From: Syntrophorhabdaceae bacterium
GTDB taxonomy: Bacteria > Desulfobacterota > Syntrophorhabdia > Syntrophorhabdales > Syntrophorhabdaceae
NCBI GenBank assembly: GCA_963666485.2
Contig: CAXXUO010000010.1
Location: 32,001-96,000 of the forward strand
Length of the DNA: 64,000 nt
Direction: 5' to 3'
The notes below the pieces were generated by a model, which made no database searches, had not been told where the DNA came from, and worked only from the letters and a program-made list of their open reading frames with translations. Within the stretch, counting starts at the first letter, position 1; every line of letters begins with the position of its first letter. This document shows, piece after piece, positions 46,982-56,374 of the stretch. A program made the translations under genes and the position numbers.

Positions 46982-47392
46982 TCAAATAAATATTACCTTC
47001 TTTCGATAAATCTTTATTATTGCCCTGATCAGTTCGGTATCGTCCAGGCCTGCTTTCTGAAGAGAAAAGAGAAGTTCCACCCCTTTTTTGGCAAGCTTAA
47101 CAATTTGCTGAAACTCGCCATCGCGTCCGGCCTCATAATACTCACGCTTAAACTCTACTATTTTTGATAAAGACCGGCTAAATCTTTGACCTTCTTTTCT
47201 TCTTTGTTCCTGGCAGATGTCACAAAAACAATCACCGTGTCTTTGGGCCATCCCGAACAACTTGTTGATCCTGTCATAAGGGAATTCTTCTCTAGGCACC
47301 AGGACCCTTAACGCTTTTACGATATTAATAAAATCCGTTACTTTTTTCCTGTTGGCATCTTCTCCTGAAATAATTCGCTCTGACTCTGCCAT
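46982..47392 (-). CDS. Hypothetical protein (AT-rich, HxxCxCxxC)
   Basis: 136-aa ORF with SD GAGGTG; no family recognised. Confidence 0.6.
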   Translation of the reverse strand: MAESERIISGEDANRKKVTDFINIVKALRVLVPREEFPYDRINKLFGMAQRHGDCFCDICQEQRRKEGQRFSRSLSKIVEFKREYYEAGRDGEFQQIVKLAKKGVELLFSLQKAGLDDTELIRAIIKIYRKKVIFI

Positions 47393-47839
47393 AATCCACC
47401 TCTTGTTCGGTGATAATTTTACGATTGTTAGCCCTGTGCACGTTTGTTATTAACCCGGCGCAACAGCCAGAGGACACCGATTACGCTTCCCCGAACTGAG
47501 AAGAGTCTTTTTTAAGTGTTCCTCAAGAAAACTTTTCATTGATACTATACTTTGCCGTTGATGTAAAGGGGCCTTAGCCTCACCATAGATGGTGACACAC
47601 TCGCTGCTTACATGCAAAGGGTTAATATGGGGTCCGGGTTTTGTACGTTGGCGCCCGGGTGCTGGGAGATGATGACACAGAAATTACTATTCAATTGGAC
47701 TTTGGTCTTAAATCGGCGATAATTACAGGACAGGATTAATTTCCACGGTTGGTGAAGCTTCATCTGGACCATGCGCGACGGCACATTGTATATGGCCAAT
47801 AAGGTGAACCTGTTTGAGAAATGACGGGGAGAAATAACT

Positions 47840-48310
47840 ATGACATTTTTAAAAAAGGGTGATCTGACCCCCGGGTTCGCGCTGGCGGACCAGTTCGGGA
47901 ACACCGTACAATTGAAAGACTTCAGGGGCAAAAAGGTCCTGATCTATTTCTTCCCCAAGGCGGGGACCTCAGGGTGAACGAAGCAGACCGAGGCCGTGCG
48001 GGACGCACTGGCAAGGCTCAACTCTCTCGGGACACAGGCGTTGGGGATAAGCCCCGACCCCGTGGCCGCGCAAAAGAAGTTCAGCGATAAGGTCAACGTT
48101 AATTTCCCGCTGCTCTCCGATGCCGATCATTCGGCGGCGGAGGCGTACGGGGTGTGGGGCGAAAAGACCCTCTACGGTAAAAAATACATGGGCATCAAAC
48201 GTTCTTCTTTCCTGATAGGGGAAGACGGCCGGGTTATAGCGGCCTGGTACAAGGTGAGCCCGGACGATACCGTGGCAAAGGCATTGGAAGCGCTGGGGTC
48301 AGAACCTTAA
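47840..48310 (+). CDS. bcp: Selenocysteine-containing peroxiredoxin (BCP/PrxQ)
   Basis: ATG 47840 is in frame through TGA 47975-47977 (YFFPKAGTSG-U-TKQ) into ORF 47996-48310 (GISPD, FPLLSD, YGVWGEK, RSSFLI). Confidence 0.9.
47993..48012 (+). promoter_or_regulatory. Bacterial SECIS-like hairpin
   Basis: GCC-GTGCG-gga-CGCAC-T-GGC; G-starting apical loop 23 nt after the UGA; bulged U. Confidence 0.7.
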
Positions 48311-48316
48311 ATCACT

Positions 48317-48769
48317 TCACCGGCCTGCAAACGTTGCCGACCAGGTCCCGGTCCTTATGACCGTGACCTTTTTGGTCCGAAAATCCTTTTCCGAATCGGT
48401 CCATGTACCGCGCGTCAGGCTTTTGCCGTCAAGCGAAAGGATGGCGGTGTACGATGCCGTGTCCGTCGTGCTAAAAGAGACCTCCCGTGTCTTGGGATTC
48501 CATGTACACGGTGTCTCTATACCTTTCCCTGCATTTGCGGACTGCATTTCAAGGTTGCACATCGCGTAGAACCTGGCTGCGTCGAAATGGTTCGTGTCCA
48601 GCTTATCGATAACAAGGGTGCCTGTCCATGCGACCCCCTTGTTGTCTTTGCCGGTGAATGTCCATTTGCCGAAAGAAGGGCCGGCGTTATCGGCCGGGCC
48701 GGCGTGGGTAAGGCAGGCGATGGCGCAAACGATCGCTATGGTAAGGATTGTCCATACAATGCGTTTCAT
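48317..48769 (-). CDS. Exported hypothetical beta-rich protein
   Basis: Signal peptide; G.W motifs; SD GGAG. Confidence 0.7.
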   Translation of the reverse strand: MKRIVWTILTIAIVCAIACLTHAGPADNAGPSFGKWTFTGKDNKGVAWTGTLVIDKLDTNHFDAARFYAMCNLEMQSANAGKGIETPCTWNPKTREVSFSTTDTASYTAILSLDGKSLTRGTWTDSEKDFRTKKVTVIRTGTWSATFAGR

Positions 48770-48888
48770 AAATCAGGTCTCCCTTTTTCATAAAATTCAT
48801 GCAGAAGAAGATCCGGGATATTATGAATGTCCCGTAAGAAACTATATTTACATGTGCGGGCGGCTATGGCAATAAAAACCTGCCGCTC

Positions 48889-50973
48889 TTATTGGGCCGT
48901 GCCGAAATAGTCGTCCTCGATGTTCAGGACATTTCTCGTTACCTTCTGCACCTGCGATGTTGCCCAGAAGGCTTCTTTGAGCAACTGCTTCTGCTTGTTG
49001 GTCAGCACGGCCGGGTTGAGATGATTGCCAAAATCTTTTCCTTCGTCAATATCGCTCAGGTTGTTCTTTATCTTCAATGTCAGCAAGGTCTCGAACGCCT
49101 GTTCAAAGCTTTCCGCCTGCTCCTGAGTGAACGCCCCGCTCCGCTGCAAAGCTTTCAAGCGCTCCAGCGTGTTTGTCTCTTCCGCACGGTGGTGGAAAGC
49201 GAGGATCTTCAGACACGTAGTCAGAGGGAGAAGGCCGTAATTCTTCAGGTTGACCGTGTTCTTATATTTCCCGTTCTTCTCGACGATGAAATTCTTGAAA
49301 AAACCGAGCGGAATCGGTACAGAAATGATCGTCTCTGCAAGGTTTCTCAGAAAGTTGCGGTTTTTCGTGATGCATTTCAGGACATGGGACCTCAGTTCCT
49401 TCTCCAGCGATTCATTTCCATAAACGGTCCTGAAATCGAGAAAGACGTATATATCGACAAGGTCGCTGCCGGAGGGGTCTTTCGAGGCTACCCACGCCTC
49501 GACCCTTTTTCGCCAATCCTGGAGGCTCCCGAAATATTTTTTGTTCGTCGCCATGATGTTGCCCTTGCACAGGGGAAACCCGCACTGGTTGAGGCCGTTG
49601 ACGACCTCTTCCGCAAAACGCCTGAAATAATCCTCTTCCTTTGGCCCCCCGTTACCTGAAAATATTATCCCGTTGTCCTGGTCGGTGAGCAGGGTCTGTT
49701 CCTTTCTGCCTTCACTGCCAAGGCCGAGCCACGCGTAGGGAGCAGGCGGTTTCCCGAGTTTTTTCTCGACGAGCGTTATCGCCCTGCAGCTTATCCTGTC
49801 GTTCAGCTCGCTCACGATTTTGCAGGCGTTCGACGCCAGCGCGCCGTCGTCCATGAGCGCTCTGAGCACTTTTTCAACCTCGCGCCTCGCTTTGTCGAGG
49901 GTGGCAAGGTCAGGGGCCTCCTCGATGTTCCGGATGAGGGCGAGGACCTCCCGGCCCCTGAACCTCAGGAGGTCGAAGCCTGTTATAAGCCCCTTCGTCC
50001 TGCCTTTGTCCGTCACCACGAGTCTGCCGGTCCTGTGCTTCACCATTGCGTGCAGCGCATCGAAAAAGTAACCGTCTGCACCGACGCTGAAAAAATCCTT
50101 TTGCATGATGGACCCGACCGGGTCCGAAGGGTCCTTTTCGTTTTCCAAAAGTGCCCGGACAATCTCACGCGTACCGACGAGGCCCTGTGTCGCAAAGTTT
50201 TCGTCCACGACGAGAACCGCGTATGCTTTCTGTTTCAGGAGTTCCCCGGCTGCCTCCCGTATCGTTGTTTGCTCTTTGCAAAAGACCTGGCGGGGCACGG
50301 CTATGAAGTCCTTTACCTGCTTGCGGTACAGAAAGGGCTCCACCTGGGCTATCCCGGGGGTCTTCGTGAGAAGTTCCTTGTACACCGTTTTCATCCTGCG
50401 CGTCAGCAACTGGCTGAAGAAGCTGTAGAACAGGGGATATTTTTTCATCATGTCAAGGAACAGGCTCCTCGCCTGGACAAGGCAGAGGGTGAATTCGACG
50501 GCATCGACATTCGAGGTGGTCGGCACATCCGTCAGCAGCGACATTTCGCCGAAGCAGTCTCCTTCGCCCAGGAAACCAAGGACCGTCTCCCTGCCCTCCT
50601 GGTCGAGATGGACCTTTACCAGGCCGCTCTTTATAAGGTAAAACTTGAGTCCCCCCTCGCCCTGCTCGATGATCGTGTTGCCGGGAGAGAAGTGCTCCCA
50701 GTCCATGGTGGACGCGATCTCCCCGAGCTCTTCGACGGAAAGCGTGTTGAACGGCATTGTGTCCTTCAGGAACGCGACGATGTCTTCAAGACGCTCCGTC
50801 CTTAAATTGACCTGGAGGATAAGGGCGTCATGAACATTCGTTTCATCGACCGCCCCGATATCGATGAGGATCTCACCGATGGCCTGGTGCGATTCGGCCT
50901 GCCGCTCGAGCGCCCGGTCGATCGCCTCCTCGTTCACGTAGCCCTGCTTAAGAAGGACCTCGCCTATTCTCAT
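48889..50973 (-). CDS. MshEN-cNMP-CBS-DUF294 putative nucleotidyltransferase
   Basis: N-terminal RIGxxLLxxG..Q tandem motif; cNMP domain (GDCFGE); CBS pair; LGSEGRKEQ..TDQDN; G.P.C.GNIMA; FLDFR. Confidence 0.9.
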   Translation of the reverse strand: MRIGEVLLKQGYVNEEAIDRALERQAESHQAIGEILIDIGAVDETNVHDALILQVNLRTERLEDIVAFLKDTMPFNTLSVEELGEIASTMDWEHFSPGNTIIEQGEGGLKFYLIKSGLVKVHLDQEGRETVLGFLGEGDCFGEMSLLTDVPTTSNVDAVEFTLCLVQARSLFLDMMKKYPLFYSFFSQLLTRRMKTVYKELLTKTPGIAQVEPFLYRKQVKDFIAVPRQVFCKEQTTIREAAGELLKQKAYAVLVVDENFATQGLVGTREIVRALLENEKDPSDPVGSIMQKDFFSVGADGYFFDALHAMVKHRTGRLVVTDKGRTKGLITGFDLLRFRGREVLALIRNIEEAPDLATLDKARREVEKVLRALMDDGALASNACKIVSELNDRISCRAITLVEKKLGKPPAPYAWLGLGSEGRKEQTLLTDQDNGIIFSGNGGPKEEDYFRRFAEEVVNGLNQCGFPLCKGNIMATNKKYFGSLQDWRKRVEAWVASKDPSGSDLVDIYVFLDFRTVYGNESLEKELRSHVLKCITKNRNFLRNLAETIISVPIPLGFFKNFIVEKNGKYKNTVNLKNYGLLPLTTCLKILAFHHRAEETNTLERLKALQRSGAFTQEQAESFEQAFETLLTLKIKNNLSDIDEGKDFGNHLNPAVLTNKQKQLLKEAFWATSQVQKVTRNVLNIEDDYFGTAQ

Positions 50974-51166
50974 GGTTTACCCTCCATGTCCGGCGTTGAT
51001 GGACGCGCTGAGGTGTGAGGCCCGCGCGAACCCGCTGATGCTTTTTCTGTTGTACAATTTATGCGATCGGGATTGGACAACCCCGCCCTTTTTATTTGAT
51101 GCAGTGTATTTAGTTGATGATATCAAATTTCAATAAAAAAGTATTGCCAGATTATTGGGGGTAAAA

Positions 51167-51185
51167 TGTAGTAAAAAACACTACA
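51167..51185. promoter_or_regulatory. Palindrome in an AT-rich divergent promoter region
   Basis: TGTAGT-N7-ACTACA. Confidence 0.4.
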
Positions 51186-51271
51186 ATTGAGGATTATTTC
51201 TGTGCTTGATTGTCAGTGAAATATGCGTTAAAAAATTTCATTTCACGGCGATAACATAAAAAGGGCATGTG

Positions 51272-53785
51272 ATGGAAGGCAAGACGCTCCTACTCGTCGA
51301 AGACGAAGCACTTATAGCGATAGCACAAAAGAAAACGCTGGAGAAGTACGGATACAGGGTTGTCACCGCCACGTCCGGACAGAAAGCGATTGAAAAGATG
51401 CGTACCGGTCCGGGGATTGACCTCATACTCATGGATATCAATCTCGGTAAAGGGAAAATGGACGGCACGGAAACGGCGGAGATCATCCTGAAGGAAAAGG
51501 ACGTACCCGTTATTTTTCTTTCCAGCTATACCCAGCAGGACATTGTTGAAAAAACCGAAAAGATAACCTCGTACGGTTACGTCGTTAAAGATTCCGGTGA
51601 GACCGTCCTTAACGCCTCGATCAAGATGGCCTTTAAGCTATACGAAGCGCGCAGGGACCTCCAGGAGCAGAAAGAGGTCCTGAAAAGGGGGCAGGACGAA
51701 TATTTCAATATCCTGAATGTCTCCCCTGTGCCCCTGGCCCTGTTTGATGAAAATAATCTTGTGAGCTACCTTAATCCGGCCTTTGTCAGGGTTTTTGGGT
51801 ATACACGGGACGATCTTCCAACCGTTGATGAATGGTGGCCCCTGGCATACCCGGACCCTGATTATCGTGAAGCCGTCATTGCCGGGTGGCGGGAAAATTT
51901 GAGTATAATGAAAACCGGCAACGCCCTGTTCAAACCCATGGAGGTGAACATCCGGTGCAAGGACGGGACCGGGCGTACGGTAGTTGTCGAAGCCGCATCT
52001 CTTACGGCAATGCCCGAAACGTTAGTCGCGATCTTTTATGACATTACCGAGCTCAAAAACACAAAAATACAGTTGGAGGAAGAATTGACGCGAAGGCGCG
52101 TTATCTTCGAACAGGCGCCTTATGGCGTAGTGATCATCGACCCGGAGACGGCCGCCTTTCCGGAATTCAATACAATGGTCCATGCGCAGCTGGGTTATAC
52201 CCGGGAAGAATTTGCCCGCATGAGGATATTTGATATTGATGCCGTGGAAAGCCCGGAAGTGACGAGGCAGCGCATCGCGGGAGTCATGGCGACCGGGCAA
52301 GGTGATTTCGAGACCGTCCAGCGCACAAAGTCCGGGGAGCTTCGGAACATCCATGTGACCGCCCGGACCGTAAATGCGGGGAGTCAACCCTTGTACTATT
52401 GTATATGGAGGGACATTACCGAAGACAAGAAGAGGGAGGCGGCCCTCAGAGAAAGCGAATCCCGGGCGAAAGCCATGCTCGACGCCATTCCCGACATAAT
52501 GTTCCGCATGGACAGCAGGGGAGTTGTCCTTGATTACAAGGCCGAGGAAAAAGATCTTCACACCGGGAGCACACCCATAACCGGCAGGCGCATCCGCGAC
52601 ATCACGCCTTCTGAATTTGCCGATCTGATCGAACGTGAGATCGGGCTCGTGTTGGGTTCAGGATCACCCAGGACCTTTGAATACCAGCTTTCCATCCCGG
52701 ACAGCGGTGTGCGGGATTACGAGGCGCGGATGGCCCCGAGCGGTGTTCAAGAGGTCATAGCGATCGTCCGCGACATTACGGAACGCAAGAAGATCGAGGA
52801 GGCGTTACAGGCGAGCAGAACATTTTACGAATCCATGAACGAACTCGCCGTGCTTCATGAGGTTGTCCGCGACGAAACGGGCAACGCGGCAAATTACCGG
52901 ATTCTCGACTGCAACCGGGCTTTCACCGATATCACGGGCATACCGCGCGAAGAGGTCCTGGGAAAGCTCGCGACGGACGTCTACGGAACGAAGGAAGCAC
53001 CTTATCTCGACATATATTCACGGGTGGCATCGACGGGGGAGCCTGCCCGGTTGGATGAATATTTCGCACCGATGGATAAACATTTCAGCATTTCTGTGTC
53101 ATGCCCGAAAAAAGGCCATTTTGTGACAGTTGCGACCGACATTACTGAACACAGGCGGGCCGAGGACCAGGTCAGGGCCCTTCTTTCCGAGAAAGAGCTT
53201 TTGCTCCAGGAAGTTCATCACAGGGTTAAGAACAATATGGTCACGGTCATGGGGCTGCTTTCTCTCCAATCCGAGACGGTAAAGGACCCTCTCGCAGTAT
53301 CGGCCTTCGAAAATACGAGGGACCGCATCCGGAGCATGGCGATCCTGTATGAGAAACTCTACCGGTCCAGCGACTTCAGGAACGTATCGGCGAGGACCTA
53401 TCTCCCCGCCCTTATCAGTGCCATCGCGGACAACTTTCCCAACCGCAGGGACGTGACCATCGAGGCCCGAATAGAAGACAGGGCGTTTGACAGCAAAATC
53501 CTTTCCCCGGTCGGCATAATCATCAACGAACTCATCACGAATGCCATGAAATATGCATTCACGGACGGGCAGAAAGGAAAGATAACGGTCTCTTTTTCAA
53601 CCCGTGACAGCGACGTGCTGCTCACCGTCGAGGACAACGGGACGGGCCTCCCGGAGGCTTTCGAGATGGACGATCCCAAGGGGTTTGGCATGCGCCTCGT
53701 CACGATCCTCACCGAACAACTCGATGGATCGCTCAGGTTCGAGCGCGGCAACGGGACACGGTTTGTCCTCGAGTTCAAAGTATGA
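51272..53785 (+). CDS. REC-multi-PAS histidine kinase (HisKA_2 type)
   Basis: N-terminal LLVED/LMDI; four PAS domains; EVHHRVKNN, NELITNA.KYAF and DNG.G. Confidence 0.93.
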   Translation: MEGKTLLLVEDEALIAIAQKKTLEKYGYRVVTATSGQKAIEKMRTGPGIDLILMDINLGKGKMDGTETAEIILKEKDVPVIFLSSYTQQDIVEKTEKITSYGYVVKDSGETVLNASIKMAFKLYEARRDLQEQKEVLKRGQDEYFNILNVSPVPLALFDENNLVSYLNPAFVRVFGYTRDDLPTVDEWWPLAYPDPDYREAVIAGWRENLSIMKTGNALFKPMEVNIRCKDGTGRTVVVEAASLTAMPETLVAIFYDITELKNTKIQLEEELTRRRVIFEQAPYGVVIIDPETAAFPEFNTMVHAQLGYTREEFARMRIFDIDAVESPEVTRQRIAGVMATGQGDFETVQRTKSGELRNIHVTARTVNAGSQPLYYCIWRDITEDKKREAALRESESRAKAMLDAIPDIMFRMDSRGVVLDYKAEEKDLHTGSTPITGRRIRDITPSEFADLIEREIGLVLGSGSPRTFEYQLSIPDSGVRDYEARMAPSGVQEVIAIVRDITERKKIEEALQASRTFYESMNELAVLHEVVRDETGNAANYRILDCNRAFTDITGIPREEVLGKLATDVYGTKEAPYLDIYSRVASTGEPARLDEYFAPMDKHFSISVSCPKKGHFVTVATDITEHRRAEDQVRALLSEKELLLQEVHHRVKNNMVTVMGLLSLQSETVKDPLAVSAFENTRDRIRSMAILYEKLYRSSDFRNVSARTYLPALISAIADNFPNRRDVTIEARIEDRAFDSKILSPVGIIINELITNAMKYAFTDGQKGKITVSFSTRDSDVLLTVEDNGTGLPEAFEMDDPKGFGMRLVTILTEQLDGSLRFERGNGTRFVLEFKV

Positions 53786-53833
53786 TCTTCTCGAAACCCT
53801 GGAATACGTGCCGCCGTACGTTCTGATGTTGTC

Positions 53834-53948
53834 TGTCGCACCGATGATACGCATTTGTTTCAAATGTGAGACACGATCATCTGTTCCCTTCCTTTTTCCC
53901 AATAAATTCACTATATTCCTGTTATCGTTCCACGGCACGCGTTTTGCT
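53834..53948 (+). promoter_or_regulatory. sigma54 promoter with a second type of paired upstream sites
   Basis: CGGCACGCGTTTTGCT (53933-53948); TGTCGCA-N4-TGATACG (53834) and TGTTTCA-N4-TGAGACA (53856). Confidence 0.55.
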
Positions 53949-54018
53949 CCAAAACTTTAGAGAACAGAGCGAAAAACGCCCGGTCGGATGAGTTGTTCCC
54001 TGCAGGCGAGGACTATTT

Positions 54019-55977
54019 TTGAATATAGACCCCATTTTTATTTCTCTCATAAACAATATCTCACTTCTCTTCGTTATGACCGTTCTGTACGGGATAGTGT
54101 TCTGGAGATGGCCGTTCGGAACGATGAACAAGGTTATCTCGGGGATAGTTTTCGGGTGTGTCGCCGTTGCCGGTATGATGATCCCCCTGCGCCTGGTGCC
54201 GGGCGTGGTTTTCGACGGGCGTTCCATCATAGTTGCCCTGGCCGGCATGACAGGGGGTTTCATCCCGGCAATCATCGCGTCCCTGATCGCAAGCGTTTGC
54301 CGGTTGTTGATGGGAAGCACGGGGGCGATCACAGGGACCCTTGTTATCCTCGCGTCCGCCTTGATAGGGGTCGCATATCATTACGTGCTCCGGCTGAGGC
54401 CCGCCGCCTCTCATCCCCTCGTGCTTTACGGGTTCGGTATCGTGGTCCACGCCGTAATGGTCCTTCTCATGCTGACACTCCCTTACCCGACGTCTATCCA
54501 CGTTATCGGGAAGATCGCGGTGCCGGTCATGACCATCTACCCTGTGGGAACCTTTCTCATCGCGTTCCTGCTCCTGCAGCTCAAGGCAAAACATGAATTC
54601 GATGAAAAGCTCAAGGAGAGCGAAGAGAAATACAGGAATATTTTCGAAAATGCGGTTGAGGGTTTTTACCAGACAACACCGCAGGGGAGGTTCATCTCGG
54701 CGAACCCGGCGCAGGCACGGCTCTTCGGGTATGACTCGCCGCAGGATTTAATACGGTCGATATCGGATATTGCGGCCCAGCATTACGTGGACCCCGAGCA
54801 GCGAAGAATATACAGGGACACCCTGGAACGCGATGGCGTCATAATGGGGTTCGAGGCGGAGCTTGTCAAAAGGGACGGCACCCCGGTGTGGGTGTCATTG
54901 AATTCGCGTGCCGTCAAGGGAGACGACGGCACGATACTTTTTCTCGAGGGGACCGCGGAAGATATAACTTCGCGAAAGAAAGCGGAAGAGGAGCTTCGAA
55001 GAAAAAAAGAGGAACTCGACAGCTATTTTACGTCGAGCCTCGATCTCCTGTGCATTGCAAATACGAGCGGGCATTTTGTCCGCCTCAACCCGGAGTGGGA
55101 AAAGGTGCTCGGCCATTCCATAGCCGACCTGGAAGGGAGGCCTTTTCTGGACCTCGTGCATCCGGAAGATGTCGATCAGACTATCGCCGCGGTATCACAG
55201 TTGAATGCCCAGAAGCCGGTAGAAAATTTTGTGAACCGCTATCGCTGCAAGGACGGCTCCTACCGTTGGATAGAGTGGCGGTCAAAACCCGAAGGATCGA
55301 TGATCTATGCGGTCGCACGCGACATAACGGCGCGCAAGGCCACCGAAGACGCCCTGAGAACTTCCCTTAAGGACAAGGAGTTGCTGCTCAAGGAGATCCA
55401 TCACCGGGTGAAGAACAACCTCATGACGATATCGAGCATTTTGAGCCTCCAGTCAGGTATGATCGAGGACCCGAAGGCGCGCGATGCGCTCGAGGTCTGC
55501 CGCAAGAGGATACAGGTCATGTCCCTCATCCACAACAAACTCTATCGCTCGACCGACCTCGCGCACATAAGCTTCAAAGAATACGCGGACGACCTCCTTG
55601 CCGACCTTTTTGTCACGCATGAAAGGCACGAGTCAGGCATTGTGATAACGAAGGACATAGAGGATATCTCGTTCGACATCGACACGACGATACCTCTCGG
55701 CCTCATACTGAATGAACTTTTCTCGAACGCCATGAAGCACGCCTTCCGTGGAAGAACGCAGGGGACTCTCAGCATCAGCCTTCGCAGGGACGGCGACAGG
55801 CTATGCCTTACCGTCAAGGACGACGGTGCCGGCTTTCCTGAGGAGCTTGACTTTCGCAGGACCGATTCCCTCGGGTTGGAACTGGTCAATACACTTACGG
55901 AACAGCTTGACGGAGATTTAGAGCTTGAGCGGGGCAACGGTACACAAATCAGGATCACCTTCGCGTCCCCGGGATAA
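54019..55977 (+). CDS. 5TM-LytS membrane PAS histidine kinase (HisKA_2 type)
   Basis: PGVVFDGR..GG membrane sensor; two PAS domains; EIHHRVKNNL and NELFSNAMKHAF. Confidence 0.92.
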   Translation: MNIDPIFISLINNISLLFVMTVLYGIVFWRWPFGTMNKVISGIVFGCVAVAGMMIPLRLVPGVVFDGRSIIVALAGMTGGFIPAIIASLIASVCRLLMGSTGAITGTLVILASALIGVAYHYVLRLRPAASHPLVLYGFGIVVHAVMVLLMLTLPYPTSIHVIGKIAVPVMTIYPVGTFLIAFLLLQLKAKHEFDEKLKESEEKYRNIFENAVEGFYQTTPQGRFISANPAQARLFGYDSPQDLIRSISDIAAQHYVDPEQRRIYRDTLERDGVIMGFEAELVKRDGTPVWVSLNSRAVKGDDGTILFLEGTAEDITSRKKAEEELRRKKEELDSYFTSSLDLLCIANTSGHFVRLNPEWEKVLGHSIADLEGRPFLDLVHPEDVDQTIAAVSQLNAQKPVENFVNRYRCKDGSYRWIEWRSKPEGSMIYAVARDITARKATEDALRTSLKDKELLLKEIHHRVKNNLMTISSILSLQSGMIEDPKARDALEVCRKRIQVMSLIHNKLYRSTDLAHISFKEYADDLLADLFVTHERHESGIVITKDIEDISFDIDTTIPLGLILNELFSNAMKHAFRGRTQGTLSISLRRDGDRLCLTVKDDGAGFPEELDFRRTDSLGLELVNTLTEQLDGDLELERGNGTQIRITFASPG

Positions 55978-56057
55978 GTATCTATAAAATGTTGTAGTTT
56001 CAAAGGGTTGAAGCAGGTATGCGTTGAAAGGCCCGCAGAGATGATTAGAATTGTGTT

Positions 56058-56348
56058 ATGACAGCAAGGGGCCTTGTATCGAGAAACGCATTAAAAATAC
56101 GGCTGGTGATCGCGACCGTGGTTCTTCTTGCCGCCAGTGCCTGTGCATCGTATAATTGCGCCTTCGATGTTGCGCACCATCCTGACCCCATCTCTATTCA
56201 TGTGGAGGACGGGGTGGTGTATGGTCAGAATTACATCGCGTGTTTCCTTATCGATGGTGTTATCCACAAAGAGTACATCCCCGAGTGTGCATACAGGTAC
56301 TATTACGACCGGCAGGCCCGCAGGGCAGCAGCAGGCATGCAGCCCTGA
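56058..56348 (+). CDS. Putative small lipoprotein
   Basis: Hydrophobic N-terminus with ASAC lipobox; promoter immediately upstream. Confidence 0.55.
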   Translation: MTARGLVSRNALKIRLVIATVVLLAASACASYNCAFDVAHHPDPISIHVEDGVVYGQNYIACFLIDGVIHKEYIPECAYRYYYDRQARRAAAGMQP

Positions 56349-56374
56349 CGGATACGGTTCCCGCAGGGCGATCG

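Noticed and set aside
47608..47839. Second small TGA-containing ORF upstream of bcp (FHGW*SFIWTMRDG...)
   Set aside because: An in-frame TAA lies just upstream, there is no start codon, and there is no recognisable redox motif.
47996..48310. Stand-alone 104-aa ORF or bcp pseudogene
   Set aside because: The upstream in-frame half, a TGA at the catalytic position and a SECIS-like hairpin favour Sec read-through.
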